45,435 nt of DNA from a virus (lineage: Duplodnaviria > Caudoviricetes), in IMG/VR virus record IMGVR_UViG_3300002546_000005, positions 1 to 45,435 of that record. One strand, 5' to 3'. Position 1 is the stretch's first letter. The number at the start of each line of letters is the position of its first letter. The position numbers and the translations under genes are program-made. The notes beneath the pieces were generated by a model that saw only the letters and a program-made list of their open reading frames with translations, ran no database searches and was not told the DNA's origin. Of this stretch, positions 45,018-45,435 are shown one piece after another.

Positions 45018-45041
45018 ATGGTACCGGTGGTCGGGGTCGAA
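45018..45041. repeat. att core, right junction
   Basis: Identical to 78-101; overlaps the tRNA 3' end. Confidence 0.95.
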
Positions 45042-45102
45042 CCGACACTCCAGAAGGAACACGATTTTGAGTCGTGCGCGTCTGCCATTCCGCCACACCG
45101 GC
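45019..45102 (-). tRNA. tRNA-Leu(CAA)
   Basis: Cloverleaf, CACGA-CTCAAAA-TCGTG anticodon arm, long variable arm, GTTCGA, CCA. Confidence 0.96.
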
Positions 45103-45174
45103 ATATTTAAATTTCCCGTTTTCTGACCTCTGGGTCGTTCGAATCTTCGATCGTTGAAGTTTCATTGCTGTATA

Positions 45175-45251
45175 TGGCGTGCCCTGAGAGATTCGAACTC
45201 CCGACCTTCTGATTCGTAGTCAGACACTCTATCCAGCTGAGCTAAGGGCAC
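45175..45251 (-). tRNA. tRNA-Arg(ACG)
   Basis: TCTGA-CTACGAA-TCAGA anticodon arm, GTTCGAAT, CCA. Confidence 0.96.
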
Positions 45252-45356
45252 AGGTTCCTTCGACATGATGCGCTCAAATTTATATGGTGCACCCTCCGAG
45301 CACCACGATCTTTGCTTTCGGTGATGCTTACTCGACGTTGTTACGCTCTTCTTATA

Positions 45357-45435
45357 TGGTGCCGAGGACCGGACTTGAACCGGTACGGTAGTCACCTACC
45401 GCAGGATTTTAAGTCCTGTGCGTCTGCCAATTCCG
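45357..45435 (-). tRNA. tRNA-Leu(TAA), 5' end cut by window edge
   Basis: CAGGA-CTTAAAA-TCCTG anticodon arm, variable arm, GTTCAA, CCA. Confidence 0.93.

Larger units (their letters stand above)
78..45041. mobile_element. Temperate prophage with contractile (PBSX/Xkd-like) tail, integrated in tRNA-Leu(CAA)
   Basis: Complete integrase-lysogeny-replication-packaging-head-tail-lysis gene order between two identical 24-bp att cores. Confidence 0.96.

Noticed and set aside
45285-45305. TGGTGC...GCACCA hairpin resembling a tRNA 3' end
   Set aside because: No T-arm, anticodon arm or cloverleaf; at most a spacer hairpin or remnant
45162-45395. 77-aa ORF
   Set aside because: Overlaps two tRNA genes; spurious

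Overview
Almost the whole window (78-45041; 44,940 bp between att cores) is one apparently intact temperate prophage of a Bacillota host. It is integrated in the 3' end of a tRNA-Leu(CAA) gene, with a 24-bp direct-repeat core at 78-101 and 45018-45041. Host tRNA-Arg(ACG) and a partial tRNA-Leu(TAA) follow on the right. Reading right to left: tyrosine integrase, ImmA-like protease and repressor (+ strand); then, on the - strand, Cro-like/antirepressor early genes, a Sak4/SSB/helicase/primase replication module with a DNA adenine methylase and a PAPS-reductase-family gene, a late activator, terminase, an SPP1-type portal and head, a PBSX (Xkd)-like contractile tail, and a holin-endolysin-holin lysis cassette. 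The most unusual items are: (1) an endolysin built as M23 peptidase + single SLH + HtrA-like serine protease, with a strong internal translation start; (2) a dif-like XerCD site with flanking accessory repeats in the middle of the prophage; (3) a MuF head protein carrying an ADP-ribosyltransferase domain, followed by an unannotated 41-aa candidate immunity gene; (4) a G10 tract inside the methylase; (5) two sigma-H-type antisense cassettes, one encoding a Cas2-like protein; and (6) a leader with three tandem pseudoknots before the scaffold gene. All protein calls come from motif recognition and synteny, not from database searches.
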